In this document: piece by piece, positions 10,653 through 18,177 of the stretch
Numbering within the stretch: the stretch's first letter is position 1
Layout of the letters: the number at the start of each line of letters is the position of its first letter
DNA from: Flavobacteriaceae bacterium
GTDB taxonomy: Bacteria; Bacteroidota; Bacteroidia; Flavobacteriales; Flavobacteriaceae
Assembly (NCBI GenBank): GCA_965662045.1
Contig: CBFIGE010000008.1
Span: 33,291-97,290 of the forward strand
Reading direction: 5' to 3'
Length of the DNA: 64,000 nucleotides
The notes under the pieces: generated by a model
The model's input: the letters and a program-made list of their open reading frames with translations, nothing else
Told to the model about the DNA's origin: nothing
The model's database searches: none
Position numbers and translations under genes: made by a program

Positions 10653-12046
10653 AAACACTTCTATGTATCTCTGGCCCTACTGCATCAGGTAAAACAAGCT
10701 TAGCGATTGATCTTGCCAAAACCTACCAAACAGAAATCATCTCGGTCGACAGTCGACAATTTTATAAAGAAATGAGCATTGGTACAGCCGTTCCCAGTGA
10801 AAGCGAATTAAAAGAGGTCAAGCACCATCTTATACAGCACAAATCAGTCAGTGAAGTTTACACCCTGGGGGATTTTATTCAAGGAGCGAGAACAATCTTA
10901 GATTCTTTATTTATATCACATGAATTTGTCGTGGCTGTTGGAGGAAGTGCCTTATTTATGGATGCCCTAATTAACGGCATTGATGACTTTCCTACCATAG
11001 CGCCTAGTATTAGGCACGATCTTAGCACCCAACTGCAAAAAGAGGGACTTAAACCTCTGCAAGATGAATTAAAGCAAAAAGACCCTAAATACTTTGATAA
11101 AGTTGATGTCAACAATCCCCATAGACTCATAAGAGCGCTTGAAGTATGTCGAAGTAGCAACAGTCCTTATTCAAGTTTTTTGAATAAGTCTTCAAATAAA
11201 CTACCCTACAGAATTTTTCATTTTGGGATTGAGATAGAACGAGAGCTTTTATATAGTAGAATTAATGAACGTGTTGATTTAATGGTTAATAACGGACTCT
11301 TTACAGAAGTTCAACGATTAGTTCAGTACAAAGAATTAAACCCTTTAAATACAGTAGGTTATAAGGAAATATTATCGTTTTTAGAAAATCAAATAAGTCG
11401 GAGAAATGCCATTGAAGAAATCAAAAAAAACAGTCGACGATACGCTAAAAGACAATTAACTTGGTACCGTAAAAACGAAAATATTCATTGGGTTGGTTTT
11501 GAGATGTCAAGAAGTCAACAACTCCAAAAAATTAAATCCCGTATAGAAAATAAGAGCAAAATTGTGATTTTAACCGGAGTGAGCGGCGTGGGCAAAACCT
11601 TTTTGGGACAAAAATTATCCGAATTAACAGCGATTCCGTTTTCAGATGCAGATGACTTTCACCCCGAAGCCAACAAACAAAAAATGAAGTCAGGTATACC
11701 ACTTAATGATCAGGATAGACTACCATGGCTACAAGACCTCAACACACATATCAAAAAGAGTGAAACAACACATGGATTAATACTCGCCTGTTCGGCCTTA
11801 AAACATGAATACCGAATAATTCTTGAAAAAAATTTAAAGAACAAAATAAATTGGGTTTGTTTAGAAGCAAATGCTGAAGTAATCCAGGCGCGACTTGAAG
11901 AACGAAAAAGTCACTTTATGCCCGCAAGTTTACTACAAAGCCAATTAGACGCTTATGAGCCATCCGAAGATGCATTGCACTTAAATACAGAAGAATCAGT
12001 TGAAGCGTTGTGCAATGCGGTATTATTTGAACTATACGGAACTTAA
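10649..12046 (+). CDS. miaA: tRNA dimethylallyltransferase MiaA fused in frame to a gluconokinase (GntK-type P-loop) domain
   Basis: 465 aa. Residues 1 to about 300 are MiaA (GPTASGKTSLAI, SVDSRQFYK, KRQLTWYR). From about nt 11555 there is a second P-loop, ILTGVSGVGKT, followed by DADDFHPEANKQKMKSGIPLNDQDRLPWLQ, ACSALKHEYR and RKSHFMPASLLQSQLDAYEP, which closely parallels E. coli GntK. Confidence 0.9.
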   Translation: MKTLLCISGPTASGKTSLAIDLAKTYQTEIISVDSRQFYKEMSIGTAVPSESELKEVKHHLIQHKSVSEVYTLGDFIQGARTILDSLFISHEFVVAVGGSALFMDALINGIDDFPTIAPSIRHDLSTQLQKEGLKPLQDELKQKDPKYFDKVDVNNPHRLIRALEVCRSSNSPYSSFLNKSSNKLPYRIFHFGIEIERELLYSRINERVDLMVNNGLFTEVQRLVQYKELNPLNTVGYKEILSFLENQISRRNAIEEIKKNSRRYAKRQLTWYRKNENIHWVGFEMSRSQQLQKIKSRIENKSKIVILTGVSGVGKTFLGQKLSELTAIPFSDADDFHPEANKQKMKSGIPLNDQDRLPWLQDLNTHIKKSETTHGLILACSALKHEYRIILEKNLKNKINWVCLEANAEVIQARLEERKSHFMPASLLQSQLDAYEPSEDALHLNTEESVEALCNAVLFELYGT

Positions 12047-12049
12047 GAA

Positions 12050-12757
12050 CTATTTAGGACTTACAACAAGGCGAAATCCCTCACCGTGAATGTTAAGTAT
12101 TTCAACCTTTTCGTCTTTTTTAAGGTATTTGCGCAGTTTGGCGATATACACATCCATACTTCTAGAAGTGAAATAATTATCGTCTCTCCATATTTGAGTT
12201 AATGCAAGTTCTCTTGGCATTAAATCGTTTAGATGAAGTGCTAGCAATTTTAGCAACTCATTCTCTTTAGGTGATAACTTAATAGGCTCCTCTCCAGAAT
12301 GACTTAAAAATCTCAATTTACTATTGAGCTGAAAATTTCCAATCTCAAATTCAAACTGTTTAGATTGAACAGATTGATTAGTAATTGACTTTCGTTCTAA
12401 TATAGTTTTGATCTTTACCAGCAAAACTTCAGAATCAAAAGGTTTATTCAAATAATCATCTGCTCCTGCTTTATATCCCTCCAAAACATCCTCTTTCATT
12501 GTTTTGGCCGTTAAAAATATTATAGGAACATGCTGATTCTGTTGTCTAATTTCACGAGCAAGTGTAAAGCCATCTTTATAAGGCATCATGACATCTAATA
12601 TACAGACGTCATACTCCTGTTTTTTAAACTTTTCAAAACCCTCCATACCATTTTTAGCCAGCACAACTTCGAAATTATTCATTCCTAAATAGTCCCTTAA
12701 AACAATTCCAAAATTGGGATCGTCTTCTACTAATAATATTCTTCTTTTTTCTTCCAT
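12050..12757 (-). CDS. OmpR/PhoB-family response regulator
   Basis: 235 aa. Receiver domain (ILLVEDD, ILDVMMP, KP) plus a winged-helix C-terminal domain (LSPKENELLKLL, VYIAKLRKYL, GEGFRL). Confidence 0.9.
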   Translation of the reverse strand: MEEKRRILLVEDDPNFGIVLRDYLGMNNFEVVLAKNGMEGFEKFKKQEYDVCILDVMMPYKDGFTLAREIRQQNQHVPIIFLTAKTMKEDVLEGYKAGADDYLNKPFDSEVLLVKIKTILERKSITNQSVQSKQFEFEIGNFQLNSKLRFLSHSGEEPIKLSPKENELLKLLALHLNDLMPRELALTQIWRDDNYFTSRSMDVYIAKLRKYLKKDEKVEILNIHGEGFRLVVSPK

Positions 12758-12768
12758 AGGTATAAGTT

Positions 12769-14355
12769 TTAAGTCAAAGGGAATTTTACAAAAAATATAC
12801 TACCCTTTCCTTTTTCACTTTCTACAAAAATTGAGCCATTATGTAAATCAACTATGTGTTTCGCGTAAGAAAGACCCAAACCATGCCCCTTAACATTGTG
12901 TATATTGCCTGTATGTTCACGGTAAAACTTTTCAAATATTTTCTTTGAAACAGCTTTTGTCATACCCATTCCGTAGTCTTCAATTCTAATAACTACAGAA
13001 CGGTTTTCATTATAGGTTTGAATTCCAATATATAATTCTTGCTCAGAGTACTTAACCGCATTATCAAGAATATTGACAATAAGATTCGTCAAGTGATGTG
13101 CATTACCTTTTATGATATCTTGATCTGCTATTAATTTTTTTTCAAGAAGACCTTTTCTGTGGTCGATAAGCAGTTCGACATGAACAACAGCCTCTGAAAT
13201 AATTTCGTGAATGCTCAATTCTTCTTTTTCAACTTCGAACTGTCTTTTTTCCAACTTAGATATTTGAAGAACGTTTTCTACTTGAGCGTGCATTCTTTTA
13301 TTTTCATCTCTAATCATTTGCAAATACCGATCGAGCTTTTCTTTATCTGAAGAAATGATAGGATTTTTAATCGATTCAACCGCTAAGTTGATAGTCGCAA
13401 TAGGTGTTTTAAATTCATGCGTCATATTATTGATAAAATCACTTTTAATTTCAGAAATTCTCTTTTGTGTGACTAATTGATATATTGATATGACAAAAAC
13501 TATAATAATGATTGTGGTAAAAATGAAAGAAAGGGATACAAGGCTTGCAATTTCAGACAACAGAAATTCTTTTCGATCTGGAAAAAACAAAGCTAAAGTA
13601 TAGTCTGTCATCCCTTCACTATCTTTAAATATTGGACCCTTGTATAAATTTTCGCTTTTAAAATCAAATTGCTCACTTCGAACCAATGTTGGAAACTGCA
13701 TACTTTCAACTCCAAATTCAAAGCTCGAATCAATACCTCTATTTTTCAATTCACTTTCAATGGCTTGATACAAATCTTCGACTTCAATTCTATTATGAAC
13801 AGGAATAGTTTTAGCCGCTTCCATGAAAACATCATCATATTGCGCTTTCTCCATTTTGGTTAATCCTCCGATCTTCTCTAAAACCTCAACAGGCTCTAAA
13901 TAGGTTTCATTGTTATCTAGAGAAGAACTGGCCTTAAAGATTCGCTTTGTTCTAGTAGAAGTGTAATTATAAATAGTCGATGTGTCACGAATGAGCTGAC
14001 CCGTATCGTCAAGAAAGGTAGATGGCATATCGTAGCCCTCTTTCAAAATACCATGAGAATAAAAAAGTATTTCCTCGTCTGTAAGGCTTCTGTCGATAAA
14101 AAAGAAATTCTGGATTTGTTGTGATTGCGGATTTCCAATACTGTCGATCAAAAAAGCGAGTTTATCGTAATATCTTTTTCGCTCCTTAGCTTCTACATTT
14201 TCAGCAGTTGAATTTAGAACATCAGATATAACATTGGAAAACTCTTCTGACTTAGAATTGAATGCCGTTTGCATCCAATACACTTGAACGACAACAATAC
14301 CGGCAAGAGCTAGACACATCAACCCTATGGTATACGAAAACCACTTTTTGTTCAT
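12769..14355 (-). CDS. sensor histidine kinase
   Basis: 528 aa. Two TM segments flank a periplasmic-type domain. H-box MTHEFKTPIATI, N-box ILDNAVKYS, G-boxes EDYGMGM and GHGLGLS. Sits 12 nt upstream of the response regulator. Confidence 0.9.
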   Translation of the reverse strand: MNKKWFSYTIGLMCLALAGIVVVQVYWMQTAFNSKSEEFSNVISDVLNSTAENVEAKERKRYYDKLAFLIDSIGNPQSQQIQNFFFIDRSLTDEEILFYSHGILKEGYDMPSTFLDDTGQLIRDTSTIYNYTSTRTKRIFKASSSLDNNETYLEPVEVLEKIGGLTKMEKAQYDDVFMEAAKTIPVHNRIEVEDLYQAIESELKNRGIDSSFEFGVESMQFPTLVRSEQFDFKSENLYKGPIFKDSEGMTDYTLALFFPDRKEFLLSEIASLVSLSFIFTTIIIIVFVISIYQLVTQKRISEIKSDFINNMTHEFKTPIATINLAVESIKNPIISSDKEKLDRYLQMIRDENKRMHAQVENVLQISKLEKRQFEVEKEELSIHEIISEAVVHVELLIDHRKGLLEKKLIADQDIIKGNAHHLTNLIVNILDNAVKYSEQELYIGIQTYNENRSVVIRIEDYGMGMTKAVSKKIFEKFYREHTGNIHNVKGHGLGLSYAKHIVDLHNGSIFVESEKGKGSIFFVKFPLT

Positions 14356-14377
14356 GTCTCAAATATACTTGTACAAA

Positions 14378-14410
14378 TTAACTTCGACCCTTACTTTAAC
14401 TTCGCCTTAA
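14378..14410 (-). promoter_or_regulatory. imperfect direct repeat TTAACTTCG(A)CCTTA x2 upstream of the histidine kinase operon
   Basis: TTAACTTCG occurs at 14378-14386 and 14396-14404, 23-55 nt upstream of the kinase start codon. A TATATTTG (TAnnTTTG-like) box lies between the repeat and the ATG on the coding strand. Confidence 0.25.
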
Positions 14411-14557
14411 GAATTATTGAGCAATTGTTTAATTCCTCACCGCCAAAAATGTAAGCTATGGTAAAACTATTAGACCCCAATAAACAAGTAATGATATGCT
14501 GAACTTTCATCTGAATATATCTAAATCGATGCAACCCCTTATAAAAAACATACTTGT

Positions 14558-14818
14558 TCAAAAGTCAGGCTTGTAATCAAATCTATTTCCTTTTACAATT
14601 TTTAAATTAATCACAATGCCATCACAATCTTCAAAAACACTATTGATCTTTTCTATAAGCATCTCCATCATTGGTTCAAAGGCACCATATATTTGGGTAG
14701 ATAGTGGATTTTCAAGGATTTGAAAACGACTGTCTCTTATAGAGATTATAAAATTTTTTATAATCAATTCGTAATCGTCATTTAAGGGCATAAGAGTTAT
14801 TTCAATTGACGTATTCAT
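14558..14818 (-). CDS. MTH1187/YkoF-like (DUF77) small protein
   Basis: 86 aa. The layout S.E.T..PL....Y...I...I.......Q.L.NPLST.IYG.......M.......VF.......V.NLKI resembles the ferredoxin-like DUF77 family. The call is from the pattern only. Confidence 0.45.
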   Translation of the reverse strand: MNTSIEITLMPLNDDYELIIKNFIISIRDSRFQILENPLSTQIYGAFEPMMEMLIEKINSVFEDCDGIVINLKIVKGNRFDYKPDF

Positions 14819-15084
14819 AACAACTAATTTATAGGATAAACATACAATCTCATTCTATTGCTTTTTCAAACAATTTCTTCTTGATTCACTTTGATTTTGG
14901 TTTTCCAATTACAACAAATCACAAACTAAAAATGAAATTTTAATTCCCATTGAATATAATTTTAAATTCCGAAAAGTAGACGGTATCTAAAAATTAACTT
15001 ATCGATAATTAAATTTAGACAAACCACTTGATTTATCTCTTCGAAAGGCTTAAAAACATTAACTTAAAAATTTAACTAACAATA

Positions 15085-15267
15085 ATGAAGTACCTGTTTT
15101 TTATTATAATGTTTGCCTTCACAATAGCTTGTAAGAATGAAGAAAACTGTATTGAAATATATGACCCAGTTTGTGGTTCCGATGGTATTACCTATGAAAA
15201 TAGTTGTTGGGCGGAACGAGCGGGTGTGACTGTAATAGAAGATAAATGTTGCGATTTATGCAATTGA
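15085..15267 (+). CDS. Kazal-type protease-inhibitor-like lipoprotein
   Basis: 60 aa. Signal peptide with lipobox FTIAC, then the Kazal core [24 protein letters not shown], and six non-lipobox Cys. A terminator follows the gene. Confidence 0.7.
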   Translation: MKYLFFIIMFAFTIACKNEENCIEIYDPVCGSDGITYENSCWAERAGVTVIEDKCCDLCN

Positions 15268-15289
15268 ATACTTTTATTATATTTAGTAA

Positions 15290-15367
15290 GACTGGAAAAT
15301 AACATTTGTAATGTAAATCAAACTAGTCATTAAATAAGCCCCTAGCTAACACTAAGGGCTTTTTTTA
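15290..15367 (+). repeat. copy A of a ~75-nt element ending in a terminator hairpin (3' of the Kazal gene)
   Basis: Shares the exact 12-mer TAATGTAAATCA (15309-15320) with copy B at 17765-17776. Flanking similarity is visible and the distance to the end of the T-run (57 nt) is identical. Confidence 0.45.
15336..15367 (+). terminator. rho-independent terminator
   Basis: AAGCCCCTAG-ctaaca-CTAAGGGCTT followed by TTTTTT. Confidence 0.7.
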
Positions 15368-15667
15368 TTCTTGATATTTAAGTCTAAATCTCTAACAAAA
15401 CAGCGTAAAAACTCAAGATATAGTACTTAAATTGATTTCATCTTGAAATATTAGCAACTTCAATTGTAACATGTTCAATACTTGAGAATATCGATTAAGT
15501 GTACGAAATCATCGATGAATTACACTACTTTTAATATCCCAAATCATCAAATCATTTAAAAATGACATTTAAGCCATACATCACGAAATTATCTGAATTG
15601 CTAGACAAGTTGTTTTTACGCTTTGTTTGATAGTGTTTTTTTGGTTAATTGAACACTTGTCTCGTTC

Positions 15668-15725
15668 GAGGCCGTTATTTAAGTTACCATGTGTTGGTTT
15701 CTCCTATTTGACGGCCTCTTTTTTT
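15668..15725 (+). terminator. terminator-like hairpin with a large loop, no annotated upstream gene
   Basis: GAGGCCGT (15668-15675) pairs with ACGGCCTC (15711-15718) and is followed by TTTTTTT. The only upstream + strand ORF is 22 aa (15562..15630). Confidence 0.4.
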
Positions 15726-16357
15726 GATATTCATCCTTATAAATTCATCAAAGCAGTCTAACATATAGATTGTAAATCCTAGAATCAGCTATACTGAAGT
15801 GTCAACCCACTCTACTTTACCAATAGAGTCAATTGCGATAAATCAAAAAACGATTCTACCGATTATTGATGAAAAAAATGAATTTTACTTTACAAAAACG
15901 GATTGCGTACTGCTTATTACCTTGGGAGTAGAAATAATTTCAAGGTGAATTAAACACTAAGTGAATACTACTCTATATTCTTATAGAAATGTATACCAAA
16001 TAGCAAAAGAGCTAATGTTACTGAAATTACTTTTACAGGTCTAGGAATTAAAAGATCAAAGTGACTAAATTTTCTGACAGCCAACTCAATGATGTTTACT
16101 AGTATTAACCCAACTGCAATTTTGTAATAAATTTTCTTAATGATCTCAGAAAGATATAGACTGTACTAAATATATAGCCTAAAAAATAATGCTTTAGTTC
16201 AGATTCCAATGGCTCTTTTTTTCAATTTGATTATTCAAGTCTCATTCACCCTCAAAATACCTCGAGAATTCAGAATGAACATTTTCCATTATCCATCAAA
16301 AAATAGCACAAAACTCCTCCATTAATAATTTTTGTGAACAGAATAATGCTCTTTAGA

Positions 16358-16645
16358 TCACCAGTATCTTCGAGCTCTTCTAAAACAGAAAATTACTAGA
16401 AAAACAAAAAAAACAGGTTTACTGTACATTTCAATTTCTGTTCGATAGTTTTCTAAAAACACTTTTACTTGTGTTAAGTCAATCTGGGATAAATCAATAA
16501 GAGGTAGTAAATCAAGACTATCCAACAAACCGAATATGCCTAAGAAACCGAAAGTTATCCATACTAGACCTTTAAATCTTGCTTTTTTTTTCGGCTCTCT
16601 TTTATTTCCAAAAATGCTATCAAATAATTTGTTTTTTGTGCCCAT
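16358..16645 (-). CDS. small membrane protein (2 TM), hypothetical
   Basis: Track ORF 16358..16672. The ATG at 16645 gives MGTKNKLF... TM segments GLVWITFGFLGIFGLL and PVFFVFLVIFCF. Confidence 0.45.
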   Translation of the reverse strand: MGTKNKLFDSIFGNKREPKKKARFKGLVWITFGFLGIFGLLDSLDLLPLIDLSQIDLTQVKVFLENYRTEIEMYSKPVFFVFLVIFCFRRARRYW

Positions 16646-16699
16646 ATAGGATTCTGTAAATGTTGCTTGCAATATAAATTATCTTAAGAGACACAGAAT

Positions 16700-16888
16700 T
16701 CATTTCTTATTCTTCTTGAAATATTTAAAGGCCTTATAGCCCATACCTATGCTAAATACAAGATTAAAGACAACAAGCAAGTAATTGTATTCATATTCTG
16801 ACAAAGAGGCCGTTACAGCTCCAAAAAGACATGCAAAACAAGTAGTGACATAAGCAATGATATTGTTCTTGTTAGGATTACTACTCAT
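16700..16888 (-). CDS. small membrane protein (2 TM), hypothetical
   Basis: 62 aa. Two hydrophobic helices and a KKNKK tail. Same strand as, and closely spaced with, its neighbours. Confidence 0.4.
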   Translation of the reverse strand: MSSNPNKNNIIAYVTTCFACLFGAVTASLSEYEYNYLLVVFNLVFSIGMGYKAFKYFKKNKK

Positions 16889-16932
16889 ATTTATTAGTCT
16901 ATAAAGGTATTAATGGATAAATATCTTATTAA

Positions 16933-17289
16933 TCAATTTGTTTTATTTGATTTAACTAAGAAATAAACGAGTGCAATTATTATGTATAAACTCCATAATA
17001 GAATAGTTGATTTTTTATTATGAATTAGCAGATAACAAATTTGAAATATAAATAAAGAGTATATAGCTTGATTTTTAAAGAATGTCTTGAAAGACACAAG
17101 GTAATTTTCTATATCAAACTTTTTTCTTTCTTCATCTGTCATGAAATTGTACCCCGCCAATAAAATTTTGGCATTTTCTTTATTTATGAAATGTCCAATT
17201 GCGTAATATAAAGCAGAGACAGAAATAACAGGTATATAAATCGACATTCCTAAATTTAATAAAAATCTAGTATTAATTAAATCGTTCAT
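16933..17289 (-). CDS. DUF3784-like membrane protein
   Basis: Track ORF 16933..17373 begins at a GTG. The ATG at 17289 gives MNDLINT... The segment LLAGYNFMTDEERKKFDIENY between TM helices matches the DUF3784 signature (GYNTMS.EEK.KYD). Confidence 0.6.
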   Translation of the reverse strand: MNDLINTRFLLNLGMSIYIPVISVSALYYAIGHFINKENAKILLAGYNFMTDEERKKFDIENYLVSFKTFFKNQAIYSLFIFQICYLLIHNKKSTILLWSLYIIIALVYFLVKSNKTN

Positions 17290-17469
17290 AAACCTTGAAA
17301 GCTTTCTTAAGGAACAAAAAATACATTGTGTTATAAGAGAAGACAGGTTAGAAAAAATGGCAGTGCAGTCCACTTACTAGAATATACTCTAAACCCTTTC
17401 ACATATATTAAACGCGCTAATTGCATTATTTAGGCTTTTTAAATCTTTCTATCAAGGGGAAACCAAACG

Positions 17470-17640
17470 CTATAAGCCCCATACAGAAAAAAAAATTGCA
17501 TCTAACCATTCTTCTTGAGTCAAATAATCAATTACTAAATATGAAGAAACAACGATACCACCGATTGATAAGTACATATAAAATTTACTTTCTAAAAAAC
17601 CAGTTGCTCTCTTATTTTCATATTTATTTTGATCGGACAT
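17470..17640 (-). CDS. 56-aa small membrane protein, hypothetical (below the track cutoff)
   Basis: My own translation: MSDQNKYENKRATGFLESKFYMYLSIGGIVVSSYLVIDYLTQEEWLDAIFFSVWGL. It has one clear hydrophobic helix and heads the run of minus-strand small genes. It competes with the + strand track ORF 17421..17654, which looks like junk. Confidence 0.35.
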   Translation of the reverse strand: MSDQNKYENKRATGFLESKFYMYLSIGGIVVSSYLVIDYLTQEEWLDAIFFSVWGL

Positions 17641-17747
17641 TACAATCAGTTTAGATTACATATCAATGTACATTAAAATAATAAGTCTCAAGTCAAGCTA
17701 AAGGTCAATTATTTTATAATCTAAAAGACTTTGTTAATTTTAAAGAG

Positions 17748-17822
17748 GCTCGAATACTATATTCTAATGTAAATCACTCTAGCCGAAAACATTGATCCCT
17801 GGCAAACGCTAGGGATTTTTTT
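17748..17822 (+). repeat. copy B of the ~75-nt terminator-ended element (no upstream + strand gene; sRNA candidate)
   Basis: TAATGTAAATCA at 17765-17776, then hairpin ATCCCTGG-caaacg-CTAGGGAT plus TTTTTT. Parallels 15290-15367. Confidence 0.45.
17794..17822 (+). terminator. rho-independent terminator (orphan)
   Basis: 8-bp stem including one G-U pair, 6-nt loop and a T6 run. Confidence 0.6.
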
Positions 17823-17997
17823 AATTATAACCGTTGTAAAACAATAGATAGCGCACTTCTTAATTTTCAAAAATTATAATTAAAGTTGGTAGAGTACTAC
17901 CTCTAAACCTTGTCTCTTTTTAATTAGTCCAAATAACAATTATCACATTATCAATGATTTAGGAGAAAAAATTCTATTTTTATATAAAACGAATATT

Positions 17998-18123
17998 ATG
18001 GAAAATTTACAATTGAGTAACAGCTGTGTGAACTGTTCTAATTTTAATGATAATGCCAAGTCTTGTTCATTTCACAAATTTGAAGTAAGTGAAAAATACA
18101 CTTGCGAAGAATTTAATCATTAG
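17998..18123 (+). CDS. 41-aa Cys-rich miniprotein (CxxC...C...C), hypothetical
   Basis: My own translation: MENLQLSNSCVNCSNFNDNAKSCSFHKFEVSEKYTCEEFNH. ATG start, followed 22 nt later by a strong terminator. Confidence 0.4.
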   Translation: MENLQLSNSCVNCSNFNDNAKSCSFHKFEVSEKYTCEEFNH

Positions 18124-18145
18124 ATTTTAATCAAATTCTATCATA

Positions 18146-18177
18146 AAGAGCATACGTTTGTTATGCTCTTTTCTTTC
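18146..18177 (+). terminator. rho-independent terminator
   Basis: AAGAGCATA-cgtttgt-TATGCTCTT followed by a T-rich tail. Confidence 0.6.

Noticed and set aside
14819-15084. Possible TPP riboswitch upstream of the DUF77/YkoF-like gene
   Set aside because: I could not find the conserved CTGAGA / ACCTGATCTGGATAATGCCAGCG-type aptamer blocks on either strand.
16571-16590. A9/T9 homopolymer tracts inside small membrane-protein ORFs (also at 18860-18868) as phase-variation switches
   Set aside because: They encode lysine runs (KKK), which are common in AT-rich genomes. There is no evidence of length heterogeneity from a single sequence.
17421-17654. 77-aa + strand track ORF (TTG start)
   Set aside because: The sequence has no secondary-structure or hydrophobicity logic. 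The opposite strand carries an ATG-initiated 56-aa ORF with a clean TM helix in line with its neighbours. Neither is proven.
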